Shown: positions 23,642 through 31,710, numbered from the stretch's first letter. The stretch is DNA of 53,213 nt from a virus (IMGVR_UViG_3300021406_000015:1-53213); one strand, 5' to 3'. The notes: generated by a model not told the origin, from the sequence alone. Made by a program: numbers and translations.

Positions 23642-23669
23642 CTTTAGCATTGTCCAGATTCTGGAGCAA
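23642..23669 (-). promoter_or_regulatory. promoter of the Met/Asp/Glu tRNA block overlapped by the 13-bp palindrome
   Basis: TTGCTC ... TG-C-TAAAGT with TCCAGAATCTGGA (23653..23665) overlapping the -35 and spacer. Confidence 0.55.
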
Positions 23670-23670
23670 G

Positions 23671-24333
23671 CTAATTTGCGCTCATCGTATACCCGATACT
23701 CCCGAATTTCACTGAATATGCGCCTCCACCCGGAGTCCCGTTGATTACCTGCTGAAGCTGGGTCACGATCTGCGATGGTGCCCATCCTTGTTTCTTGGCC
23801 GGAATCTTCTGAAGAGAGGGACTGACCAGTGTCTTGGTACCGTTTACCGTGACCGCCAAGACAGAGCTTGTTAACCCAACGAAGTCCAACGCATAATCGA
23901 TCTGCACCGGTACCCACATGTTCGGAGTTGGGATGGTTCCGATCTTGATGCCGGTATCGGTCCAAGATCCGGCTGCATTGTCGATCTGAAACATCCAGCC
24001 CTCGTTAAGATTCCACTGTGCTGAGAGGTCGTAGGTGTTTCCAGCAGCGTCTGTGATCTTCGAGTCTGTCTCGATTACCTGTCCACATTGCAAGGTCGCA
24101 TCATCAATCTGAAAGCTGTAGAGGAAGGATATTGCCGGGAACGGATACAGGAGAGAACTAACGTTTTTAGCTAACCATCCTGAATACGCTGGACCGCAAC
24201 AGTAGAGCCTGATGCCGTCCGGAATCTGGACAAAGTCATAGCCGCTGGGAGAGATCGGGTTGATGGTGGGTCCGACGTTCTTTGTCCAGCCAGTGGAGGA
24301 TTCAAGATTGGTAATGGTACATGCAAGGCTCAT
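23671..24333 (-). CDS. beta-rich hypothetical protein (possible lectin/glucanase-like fold)
   Basis: 220 aa, Trp/Thr/Gly-rich; TATAAT 7 nt before ATG; fold is a guess. Confidence 0.65.
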   Translation of the reverse strand: MSLACTITNLESSTGWTKNVGPTINPISPSGYDFVQIPDGIRLYCCGPAYSGWLAKNVSSLLYPFPAISFLYSFQIDDATLQCGQVIETDSKITDAAGNTYDLSAQWNLNEGWMFQIDNAAGSWTDTGIKIGTIPTPNMWVPVQIDYALDFVGLTSSVLAVTVNGTKTLVSPSLQKIPAKKQGWAPSQIVTQLQQVINGTPGGGAYSVKFGSIGYTMSAN

Positions 24334-24351
24334 GCGCGGAATTATAACTTA

Positions 24352-24435
24352 TGGTGCACTGGGAGAGAATCGAACTCTCGATAGCCTTATGGCCAACTGT
24401 TTTACAGACAGTGTCCGCTCCACGCGGTCCAGTGC
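24352..24435 (-). tRNA. tRNA-Tyr(GTA)
   Basis: ACTGT-CT-GTA-AA-ACAGT; long V arm; CCA. Confidence 0.85.
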
Positions 24436-24441
24436 ACAACA

Positions 24442-24529
24442 TGGTGGCGAGCCAGAGTGTCGATCTCTCATCCCTCTCAGGAGCCAACGGTTTTCAAGGC
24501 CGTTCGCAGAGCCGTCTGCGGGACTCGCC
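24442..24529 (-). tRNA. tRNA-Ser(TGA)
   Basis: loop CT-TGA-AA; long V arm; CCA. Confidence 0.8.
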
Positions 24530-24534
24530 AAACT

Positions 24535-24623
24535 TGGCGGTAGGCTGAGCATCGAAGCCCCGTGCCATCGCTGACACGTCACCGGTTTTCGAGGCCGGGT
24601 GGAGAACTTCTCCGAAACCTACC
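24535..24623 (-). tRNA. tRNA-Ser(CGA)
   Basis: loop CT-CGA-AA; long V arm; G73-CCA. Confidence 0.8.
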
Positions 24624-24624
24624 A

Positions 24625-24709
24625 TGGCGGAAAGAGCAGCATCGAAGCTGATACCTTTCGGTACGCACCGATTTCCAGTCGGGCCTCGCACCTCGCGAGT
24701 TCACTTTCC
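24625..24709 (-). tRNA. tRNA-Ser(GGA)
   Basis: loop CT-GGA-AA; long V arm; G73-CCA. Confidence 0.85.
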
Positions 24710-24714
24710 AAAAA

Positions 24715-24801
24715 TGGCGGAGAGCCGAGCGCACGATGCCCACACCCGAAGGTGCCATTCGTTTAGCAAACGACGCCGTCAGCCCCAACGGTTGACTCTC
24801 C
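24715..24801 (-). tRNA. tRNA-Ser(GCT)
   Basis: loop TT-GCT-AA; long V arm; G73-CCA. Confidence 0.85.
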
Positions 24802-24816
24802 GTGAAACTTCTCTGA

Positions 24817-24916
24817 TATTCACCGTGACGGGACTTGAACCCGCAAGGTCGGTGTTACTCCGTGAAACACGTTTGCCATTGTTCTGACTCTCGTCGCTTT
24901 CGCCACACAATGAATA
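24817..24916 (-). ncRNA. tRNA-like RNA with 11-bp terminal stem and canonical T arm
   Basis: TATTCATTGTG/CACGGTGAATA; GCGGG-TTCAAGT-CCCGT; internal GNRA hairpins; no CCA. Confidence 0.6.
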
Positions 24917-24924
24917 CCAGAACT

Positions 24925-25009
24925 TGGTGCCGGTCGCGGATAACGAGTCCGCACGCCATTTACGGCACTGGCTTTTGAGGCCAGCATGTCTGCATTCCAT
25001 CAGACCGGC
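24925..25009 (-). tRNA. tRNA-Leu(CAA)
   Basis: CTGGC-CT-CAA-AA-GCCAG; V arm; A73-CCA. Confidence 0.85.
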
Positions 25010-25016
25010 AAAAACT

Positions 25017-25102
25017 TGGTGCAGGTAGAGGGACTTGAACCCCCACGCCACTAGGGCAATGGTTTCTAAAACCATCTCGGCTTCCAATTACGACATACCT
25101 GC
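25017..25102 (-). tRNA. tRNA-Leu(TAG)
   Basis: ATGGT-TT-TAG-AA-ACCAT; V arm; CCA. Confidence 0.9.
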
Positions 25103-25109
25103 ACATCTT

Positions 25110-25197
25110 TGGTGCTCCAGAACGGACTTGAACCGTCAAATCTCATCAGAGAAACAAGACCCTCAGTCTTGCGCGTTTTCCTTTTCGCCACTGGAGC
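25110..25197 (-). tRNA. tRNA-Leu(GAG)
   Basis: CAAGA-CT-GAG-GG-TCTTG; V arm; CCA. Confidence 0.9.
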
Positions 25198-25209
25198 AAA
25201 ACTAAACTT

Positions 25210-25287
25210 TGGACGACCGGGCCGGATTTTAACCGACGAAACTAGATGGGTTGCGGCCATCCGCGTTAAACACTTCGCCACCGGTCG
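25210..25287 (-). tRNA. tRNA-Cys(GCA)
   Basis: GATGG-CC-GCA-AC-CCATC (C33); U73-CCA. Confidence 0.8.
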
Positions 25288-25288
25288 A

Positions 25289-25376
25289 TGGTGCGGGAAG
25301 CGGGACTCTAACCCGCACGAGAGTTAAATCTCAAGAGGGTTTAAGCCTCTCATGTCTGACATTCCATCATTCCCGC
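25289..25376 (-). tRNA. tRNA-Leu(TAA)
   Basis: AGAGG-CT-TAA-AC-CCTCT; V arm; CCA. Confidence 0.9.
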
Positions 25377-25383
25377 ATAAACT

Positions 25384-25413
25384 AAAACAGCCCCCGATTT
25401 TGGTCGGAGGCTG
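25384..25413 (-). terminator. attenuator terminator upstream of tRNA block A
   Basis: CAGCCTCCGA-CCAAAA-TCGGGGGCTG-TTTT. Confidence 0.85.
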
Positions 25414-25438
25414 CTGTAACCCAGAAAATCGATCCGGC

Positions 25439-25510
25439 TTACATACGCGCCTCCATGCCGCTCAGTGAGCAGCTATACAAGGACGACGAGAGTAAGCTTA
25501 GGAGTTTCAT
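25439..25510 (-). CDS. leader peptide A (MKLLSLLSSSLYSCSLSGMEARM)
   Basis: 23 codons; codons 3-17 are all Leu/Ser/Tyr/Cys, matching the 10 downstream tRNAs. Confidence 0.85.
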   Translation of the reverse strand: MKLLSLLSSSLYSCSLSGMEARM

Positions 25511-25520
25511 ACGCAGGAAC

Positions 25521-25549
25521 ATGATTCCACGGATTTATTTTGGTGTCAA
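25521..25549 (-). promoter_or_regulatory. promoter of tRNA block A
   Basis: TTGACA-17 nt-AATCAT with TG extension, 10 nt before leader ATG. Confidence 0.6.
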
Positions 25550-25552
25550 GAT

Positions 25553-26017
25553 TTAATTAACAAAGTGCTGTATCGGATCGCCAACAACAGTCCATCCTGT
25601 CGTCGGTGTCGTCGTATATGCCGGGGTTACCCAACTACACGAAGTTGACTTCGGCGGTGTGTATGGTGCGGGCACGATGAACTTGTAATCTTCACTGTAC
25701 TGAATCCCGCCTTCCCAACCCTCACTCGGTTTCCAGTCGTGTGCGGCAGCTTCCTGTTCGGGTGTTGGCTTTGGTGGAGTGCAAGTGCCATGAAGGTCTA
25801 GCGTAATACATGCCGTTGACGGATAGACGATCTCTTCCATCGCGTACTTCCGCCGAATCTTTAAATCAAATTCCGCTTGTTGCTTTGCAAGGTCGGCGCG
25901 GGCGTCTGCCAGATGTTTGGCTTCCACCGCTTCTGTAGGGCTGAGTGCAATAACCTTGGCATTTTGTGCGTAACAACAAGACACCGACAGTGCTAATACG
26001 ACAAGGGATAGCTTCAT
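25553..26017 (-). CDS. exported hypothetical protein
   Basis: signal peptide MKLSLVVLALSVSCCYA; AAGGAG RBS. Confidence 0.7.
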   Translation of the reverse strand: MKLSLVVLALSVSCCYAQNAKVIALSPTEAVEAKHLADARADLAKQQAEFDLKIRRKYAMEEIVYPSTACITLDLHGTCTPPKPTPEQEAAAHDWKPSEGWEGGIQYSEDYKFIVPAPYTPPKSTSCSWVTPAYTTTPTTGWTVVGDPIQHFVN

Positions 26018-26089
26018 TTAACTCTCCTTTGAGCAATTTAGTACAGCTCGATATTCGTTTTGGGCATCTGATTGCAAGTGAGGTGAACT

Positions 26090-26272
26090 ATGATTTCGCT
26101 CGTCATCACAGTAATTGTGTTCATGTTGCTGGTCTGGTTGCTCTACTATGTTGCCAAACAGTTGGGTGCGCCAGATAAGTTTCTCAATATTGCCGTGGCG
26201 GTCGTGTGCGTCCTATTCTTGATCTGGTTCCTGACCCAAGCGGCTCCAATGATCGGACATTTTGGAAGATAA
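26090..26272 (+). CDS. small two-TM membrane protein
   Basis: two hydrophobic helices; GAGGTG RBS. Confidence 0.7.
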   Translation: MISLVITVIVFMLLVWLLYYVAKQLGAPDKFLNIAVAVVCVLFLIWFLTQAAPMIGHFGR

Positions 26273-26515
26273 TCACGCGGCTGTCTGCTTCTTTCTCCGT
26301 GCCACTGCGTGGGCATGCGTACACGGTTTACATCGACAGCCAGCACTATACGAGGAGTAAATCCCGTGTGTGAGGATCTTGTCTGCAATATTGCGTGCGC
26401 GATATGCACGCGTTCGCAAGGCCCACGCCTCTTTACATTTTTTGCAACGACAACTGTGATTTGTATAGCAACTGATCGTTCCGTGAGTCCAGTCTTTTTT
26501 CGCCAGTTTTTCCAT
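26273..26515 (-). CDS. small Zn-binding protein with two HG..S.Y...CRC..C repeats
   Basis: THGTISCYTNHSCRCKKC / THGIYSSYSAGCRCKPC; same motif ends the HNH at 12772. Confidence 0.6.
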   Translation of the reverse strand: MEKLAKKDWTHGTISCYTNHSCRCKKCKEAWALRTRAYRARNIADKILTHGIYSSYSAGCRCKPCTHAHAVARRKKQTAA

Positions 26516-26646
26516 GGAAATAAATATACTGCATAATTACGAAACATGGTATTGTGTTTCTGCGGGAAGCCGGAGTGCTGAACATTCTGCTACGCGTTTC
26601 AGGACTGGGGAACCGGCTCTCCCGCGTAGTCCAGAATCTGGAGTGT

Positions 26647-27066
26647 ATGCCTAAATTATCGTTCGTGGTTCTTGGGAAGCCAGCGCCTCAAGGTAGTATG
26701 CGAGCAATCGTTGTCAAGGGTAAGGCTCGACTCATTTCCCAACTCAAGACCACGATGCCATTTCGCCAACAAGCTGGTTGGTCGTCTCTCACCGCACGCG
26801 CTGAAGCTGGCTATCACGAAGTTATGTTCGGCGCACACGTTCCGATCTTCGTTACCTGCGCCTTCTACTTCGCACCACCTAAAAAGATGCCAAAAGGCCG
26901 CAAGTATCCAGCCGTTCCTCCGGATTGCGATAAATTATGCAGGCTTATTTTAGACTCTATGAAGCACGTGATATACACCGACGACGGGCAAGTAGTAAAT
27001 CTGATGGCAAAGAAACGCTATGGACTCCCAGAACGCGCGGAAGTGACTGTGGAATCCGTCGAATAA
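26647..27066 (+). CDS. rusA: RusA-family Holliday junction resolvase
   Basis: GKPAPQGS, PPDCDKL.R.ILDS, DDGQVV, KRY. Confidence 0.88.
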   Translation: MPKLSFVVLGKPAPQGSMRAIVVKGKARLISQLKTTMPFRQQAGWSSLTARAEAGYHEVMFGAHVPIFVTCAFYFAPPKKMPKGRKYPAVPPDCDKLCRLILDSMKHVIYTDDGQVVNLMAKKRYGLPERAEVTVESVE

Positions 27067-27108
27067 TAAAATCTCACACTCTGCGCTTTTTGTGCTATGG
27101 TTCTGAGC

Positions 27109-28350
27109 ATGGCCGCAAATTCTCCGATACCCCTCCTGCTCATCTCCGATAGTCCGTCCGGTCCAACTGGGCTTGGAAGAATATGCAGGGATCTTGCGAC
27201 ACGGATTCATGAGAACTTGAGCGATATATACAGGCTCGCTACCGCAGGAACAGGATCACCGGGGTCTATCAAGTTTCCGTGGATGCAATATAATTTCGAG
27301 GCCACTCCGGAATGGGTTATGCCGTCACTCCCGGATATTGTCGAAGACTTTGCAGGCAAAGAACGTTGCCGTGTGATGTTCATCGGTGATCTTCATCGCG
27401 TAAGCTGGTTTTCTCAACCAGAACGCTTGGGAAATGAATCTCTCGCCAAGTTCCCTGTTTTGAAGTCGTGGCTACTTAAGGCCAACATCGACCGTTGGTG
27501 TTACGTTCCCATAGACTCAAGTGGGCCTCAAGACAAGTTTTCTTTCCCAATCGCATTGACGGCGATGGGATTTGACCGGCTGCTTGCTTATGGCAAGTTC
27601 GGTGAAGGTGTGCTACGAAGAACCATGGGGGACGCGGAAGCGGATAAACGACATTTGACATGGCTTCCACACGGCATCAATGGGGATGCATTCTTTTCTC
27701 GTGATTACACGGCCAGCAGAGATGGTTTTCTCGATTACACCGGAGCGCAGTCCATGCTCCACCTGCTGGGAGTTCACACGAAGACATCCCCTATCGCTGC
27801 CGATGAAGTTTTGGTAGGCGTAGTGTGTTCAAATCAGGGGCGCAAGGATCTTCCACTTACCTGCGAGACAATCGCTCTTCTTTCGCAGCAGAGGAAGACA
27901 AGATTTTGGCTGCACACTGACCAGTTAGAGCGGGCATGGTCGATCCCGTCGCTTCTCGTTGATTACGGAATCCTTGAAAACACAATCATCTCGTTAGATG
28001 TGGTTTCAGACGAGAAACTAGCAAGTGCATATTCTGCATGTGACGTCACCTTGGGGCCGGGAAGCGAAGGTTTCGGTTTCCCGCTGATGGAATCGCAGTT
28101 CTGTGGTTGTCCGGTGGTCACAGGTGCCTATGCGGGTGGAGCCGATATCGTACCAGAATACTGGCAAGTTGAGCCCGTAGCTTATCGGTATGAAGGATCG
28201 TATGCGAGCAAGAGGCCAGTCTACAACGCAGAGGATTGGGTCAAGAAAGTCAATTATCTTGTAGGGAGAAGATGTAATCGCCCCGGCGAATATGACTGGA
28301 AAAGACTATGGCCTGAACGATGGGAGCATTGGTTCAGGAGGGGAGTGTAA
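27109..28350 (+). CDS. GT-B (GT4-like) glycosyltransferase
   Basis: SDSP..PTGLGR, PHGIN, NQGRK, EGFGFPLMESQFCGCPVV. Confidence 0.88.
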   Translation: MAANSPIPLLLISDSPSGPTGLGRICRDLATRIHENLSDIYRLATAGTGSPGSIKFPWMQYNFEATPEWVMPSLPDIVEDFAGKERCRVMFIGDLHRVSWFSQPERLGNESLAKFPVLKSWLLKANIDRWCYVPIDSSGPQDKFSFPIALTAMGFDRLLAYGKFGEGVLRRTMGDAEADKRHLTWLPHGINGDAFFSRDYTASRDGFLDYTGAQSMLHLLGVHTKTSPIAADEVLVGVVCSNQGRKDLPLTCETIALLSQQRKTRFWLHTDQLERAWSIPSLLVDYGILENTIISLDVVSDEKLASAYSACDVTLGPGSEGFGFPLMESQFCGCPVVTGAYAGGADIVPEYWQVEPVAYRYEGSYASKRPVYNAEDWVKKVNYLVGRRCNRPGEYDWKRLWPERWEHWFRRGV

Positions 28351-28658
28351 TGGCTATCACGAAACGCCGTCGCGAAGTTCTCGACTTTATTGAGAACTTC
28401 ATCAAGGAGCACCGCTACTCTCCAAGTTTCGAAGAGATCATGAAAGCAATGAATTTGAAGTCTCTCGCCACGGTTCATAAGCATGTCACAAATTTAGAAA
28501 AAAGCGGTTTTCTCAAAAGGTCACATAATTCCTCAAGATCTATCGAGATCACAGATCCTCCATTTGCGACACCACGATTTGTGTTTGAGGGTCTTCATCA
28601 TCTTTGGGATAGAGTTGAAAGTTGCTACTGGGTCAGAGAAAGCGATTGTAAGAAATAG
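28350..28658 (+). CDS. LexA-type winged-HTH DNA-binding protein (no peptidase domain)
   Basis: RRREVLDFI..FIKE..YSPSFEEI...NLKSLATVHKHV..LEK.GFLKR....RSIEI. Confidence 0.85.
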   Translation: MAITKRRREVLDFIENFIKEHRYSPSFEEIMKAMNLKSLATVHKHVTNLEKSGFLKRSHNSSRSIEITDPPFATPRFVFEGLHHLWDRVESCYWVRESDCKK

Positions 28659-28678
28659 TCCAGATTCTGGAGGGGAAC

Positions 28679-29026
28679 ATGGCAGAAGAAGCAAAATGCG
28701 CTCATCCACAAGTCGTTCGTCGCGTTTGGGAAGTTGCCGGAAAAGTCATTGGTGAGAAATGGCTGTGTGATGGTTGCGATATGGAATTCTATGCGTTACC
28801 TAATTTCTTCGGCAATGGACGTATCGAAGTCATGGAACCGCAGGCGACACTCCGTGATCAGTTCGCAATGGCAGCGATGCAATCCGATGCACTGCAAAGT
28901 GCGCTCATTGCGGCAGCATATATTGCTCATGGTAAGAGCTTCGATGGCGACGTTCCTAACTTGACAACGGCAGTGAAGGAGCACTACGAAACAGCGGACG
29001 CTATGATGGAGGCTAGAAATAAATGA
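28679..29026 (+). CDS. conserved phage protein
   Basis: TLRDQFAMAAMQ ... ADAMMEAR motif. Confidence 0.7.
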   Translation: MAEEAKCAHPQVVRRVWEVAGKVIGEKWLCDGCDMEFYALPNFFGNGRIEVMEPQATLRDQFAMAAMQSDALQSALIAAAYIAHGKSFDGDVPNLTTAVKEHYETADAMMEARNK

Positions 29027-29229
29027 CATATCACTCGCTCAGCGAATGCACCCTTACAGCCGACGAACGCCGCGCCGAGATGTCCAGAATCTGTACGATA
29101 CTGGAAGATTCTGTTGACCAAATGCAGGACAATGAACGGCGATTCATCACGCAAATGAGCGACGGTTATGCGCCAGTTTCCGTGAAGCAGCTTTTCTGGG
29201 GTCGTGATCTAAAGGATAAGTATCTGTAG
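29023..29229 (+). CDS. hypothetical protein
   Basis: 68 aa, coupled ATGA overlap. Confidence 0.55.
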   Translation: MTYHSLSECTLTADERRAEMSRICTILEDSVDQMQDNERRFITQMSDGYAPVSVKQLFWGRDLKDKYL

Positions 29230-29240
29230 TGGAGGGGGAG

Positions 29241-29657
29241 ATGGGTGAAACAACTAACATAGCATGGACTGAAGCTCAGAAAGAAGCGGCTCGACAATTT
29301 GTAAATATAGAGGTCAACCTTGGTTTGCGTCCAGATCCTAACGATTTGCCGTGTGCAGACTGCGGGCATATTTGGATGGAAGGTGAAAGGCGGCACGATT
29401 ACCATCACTTCTGTGGGTACTCTAGGGAGCACGCATTTTCCGTTATTCCTCTTTGCACACGTTGCCACTATGCAAGACATCATCCAGTTGTCACTCATTG
29501 CAAGCATGGGCACGAGTATACGGACGAGAATACGCACTTTCGAAAGAATGGGACGCGTGAATGCAGGTCTTGCCGTAGGAATCAAAAGAAAAGAAAACGC
29601 AATGCGTTATGGTGGAGAGAAAGACGAATTCGGCTGAAAGGAAATGCTCATGGGTAA
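29241..29657 (+). CDS. HNH-like nuclease carrying a copy of the DUF5131 N-terminus
   Basis: MGETTNIAWTE; CADCG..HH..GY..LCTRCH; THCKHGHEY..EN..RECRSC. Confidence 0.75.
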   Translation: MGETTNIAWTEAQKEAARQFVNIEVNLGLRPDPNDLPCADCGHIWMEGERRHDYHHFCGYSREHAFSVIPLCTRCHYARHHPVVTHCKHGHEYTDENTHFRKNGTRECRSCRRNQKKRKRNALWWRERRIRLKGNAHG

Positions 29658-30423
29658 AGATACAGGAATCGGCTGGACCGAACACACTTTCAATCCATGG
29701 CATGGATGTACCGAAGTGACACCCGGCTGTGACAACTGCTACGCCCGTGTTCTCGATGCACGTTGGGGTGGGGATCACTGGGGAAAAGGCAAACCGCGCA
29801 GAATGTTCGGCGACAAGCACTGGAAGGAACCCCTCCTATGGAATGCTACCGCCAAAAAAGAAGGCAAGAATGCTCTCGTCTTCTGCGCATCCATGGCCGA
29901 CGTTATGGACGATGAAGCTCCAAAAGGTCAGCGTGAACGTCTGTGGGAACTCATAGATGAGACTCCGTACTTGACGTGGCAGCTACTTACCAAACGACCC
30001 ACTCGGTATGGAAGCTACCTTCCAGAACGGTTCGCGCATAATAATGTTTGGCTCGGGACGAGCGCTGAAAATCAGCACTTTTACAATATTCGTTGGTCTG
30101 TACTTCGCGTAATCGCAGCAGACTATAATCTGATCTCGTTTATAAGCTATGAGCCCGCACTCGGACCACTTTCTATGATGGCCTACTTGGATTCATTACC
30201 AATAAAGCCGGATCGGTTCGATGATTTTCCCGATTGGATAATATGTGGTGCTGAAAGTGGTAATAACCGCCGACCGATGGAAGAGGATTGGGCAGAGAAC
30301 CTTCAATCTGAGTGTGAGATTACTGGAGTAAAGTTCTTTATGAAGCAGTTAGGCGCTCGTACACCAGAAGAAGGCGCAAAGCTTATTCCACCACATTTAC
30401 TGATCCGGGAGTTTCCGGAATGA
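29650..30423 (+). CDS. phage Gp37/Gp68 (DUF5131) protein
   Basis: TFNPWHGC..V.PGCDNCYA, VFCASMAD, QLLTKRP, SYEPALG, WII.GAESG, FFMKQ. Confidence 0.9.
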   Translation: MGKDTGIGWTEHTFNPWHGCTEVTPGCDNCYARVLDARWGGDHWGKGKPRRMFGDKHWKEPLLWNATAKKEGKNALVFCASMADVMDDEAPKGQRERLWELIDETPYLTWQLLTKRPTRYGSYLPERFAHNNVWLGTSAENQHFYNIRWSVLRVIAADYNLISFISYEPALGPLSMMAYLDSLPIKPDRFDDFPDWIICGAESGNNRRPMEEDWAENLQSECEITGVKFFMKQLGARTPEEGAKLIPPHLLIREFPE

Positions 30424-30698
30424 TGAAGATACGCTGTAAATACTGCCGAAAGTTGATCGCTCCGTGTGGTATGGCGGCGCACATGCACTTCCGACACCTC
30501 AAGATGATCCTTGCTGAGTTCCGGCACAACCCGATCATCTCGTACATGAGGCTCTTGTGGAAGTTTGAAGGCTACCGTGACACTGACGAACCTTTGGCAC
30601 TGCCCGCTCCTAATCCGCTCACGGTGTACTCACGACGCCCGCTTGGACGAATGGCTAAACCTTTTCCATGGATGAAAAGACCGAAGGGATACGAATGA
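30420..30698 (+). CDS. hypothetical protein with C2H2-like motif
   Basis: CKYC...HMHFRH; coupled overlap. Confidence 0.5.
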   Translation: MMKIRCKYCRKLIAPCGMAAHMHFRHLKMILAEFRHNPIISYMRLLWKFEGYRDTDEPLALPAPNPLTVYSRRPLGRMAKPFPWMKRPKGYE

Positions 30699-30988
30699 AA
30701 AAGACTCTCCAACAACGTATCCTTGAGGCACTTGACGAGGCTGGCGGACAGATCAGCTACTTTGCCTTGAAGTATAAGATTTGGCCACGTGATCAATTCC
30801 CAAAGGCTCATCGACACAGTTCTAATGGCGGTCCACCCGGAATTGCCATGGTTCTCGGACGAGCACTCAGAGAAATGCACGACGCTGGTTTGATTTATCG
30901 CAGCCCGATGTACGACAGAAATGGACGCTATTCTGGTCAACCAGATATTCACTCGACCAGCTTTGCGCGTAAAGGTGTATCCAAATGA
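30695..30988 (+). CDS. hypothetical protein
   Basis: coupled overlaps on both sides. Confidence 0.55.
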   Translation: MKKTLQQRILEALDEAGGQISYFALKYKIWPRDQFPKAHRHSSNGGPPGIAMVLGRALREMHDAGLIYRSPMYDRNGRYSGQPDIHSTSFARKGVSK

Positions 30989-31710
30989 AAGAACGACCGA
31001 TCCTTTTTACGCCCGATAACGCTCTTAAAACGCACACACAACTAAAGTCTCAAACGCGCCGTGTTGCTGGATTTCCTTCATGGGTAACGGAAATAGAACA
31101 CGTTGGCCAGTGGTGGCACGGCAAAGGCAACCACCCATCACATGACTGCGAAGAGCCGAAATGTGGACATTCTTACGGTGCTTCGATGTTTACCATTCAG
31201 TGTCCATTCGGAGTCGTCGGCGACCGACTCTGGGTCCGCGAGGCATGGCGTACTTGGGAAGAGCCAAAGCACTGCGTTGATGGAATTCTCTACAAGGGCG
31301 ACGGTTCCTTTCGACCTATCGAACCGACACGCGAAGCGGCAGATAAATGGATCGTAGCGCATGATAATGGACGCTACGGTGACAAGTGGCGGCATGCGCG
31401 CTTCATGTTCCGCTGGTGCTCACGTACACTGCTGGACATCACCGATATCCGCGTCGAGCGGTTGCAGGACATTAGTGAAGAAGATGCCGTGGCAGAGGGT
31501 GTGACAGCAACGCCGTACTCCGCGCAGGATATTGCTGATATCCAGATTTCGGACTGTGCACCGGAAATCAAACAACTCGCCGCTATACTTGGTCCGGGAC
31601 AGTTCACCGCAAAAGCTAACTATATGATGCTCTGGGACTCCATCAACGCTAAGACACATCCTTGGTCAAGCAACCCTTGGGTGTTCGCGATCACGTTCCG
31701 GAGGATCTAA
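30985..31710 (+). CDS. ASCH-like conserved phage protein
   Basis: MKERPILF, QTRR, CPFG..GDRLWVRE, RVERLQDISEEDA.AEG, NPWV. Confidence 0.85.
   Translation: MKERPILFTPDNALKTHTQLKSQTRRVAGFPSWVTEIEHVGQWWHGKGNHPSHDCEEPKCGHSYGASMFTIQCPFGVVGDRLWVREAWRTWEEPKHCVDGILYKGDGSFRPIEPTREAADKWIVAHDNGRYGDKWRHARFMFRWCSRTLLDITDIRVERLQDISEEDAVAEGVTATPYSAQDIADIQISDCAPEIKQLAAILGPGQFTAKANYMMLWDSINAKTHPWSSNPWVFAITFRRI

Noticed and set aside
21936-23669. fourth leader-peptide attenuator for the Met/Asp/Glu tRNAs
   Set aside because: The promoter abuts tRNA-Met with no room for a uORF or terminator; the Met and Glu codons in leader A fall in the anti-terminator segment and may be coincidental
9602-25327. many 60-150 aa track ORFs over tRNA/ncRNA genes or antisense to real genes
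   Set aside because: They are translations of structured RNA genes or shadow frames, with no RBS or protein motifs
11271-25549. T-box riboswitch explanation for the leaders
   Set aside because: No T-box consensus (AAGGTGGNACC-like bulge) or Stem I was seen; the leaders are short and contain open, codon-biased ORFs
28350-28658. SOS-cleavable LexA/CI repressor
   Set aside because: Only the DNA-binding domain is present; there is no Ala-Gly site or S24 peptidase domain, so it does not show lysogeny
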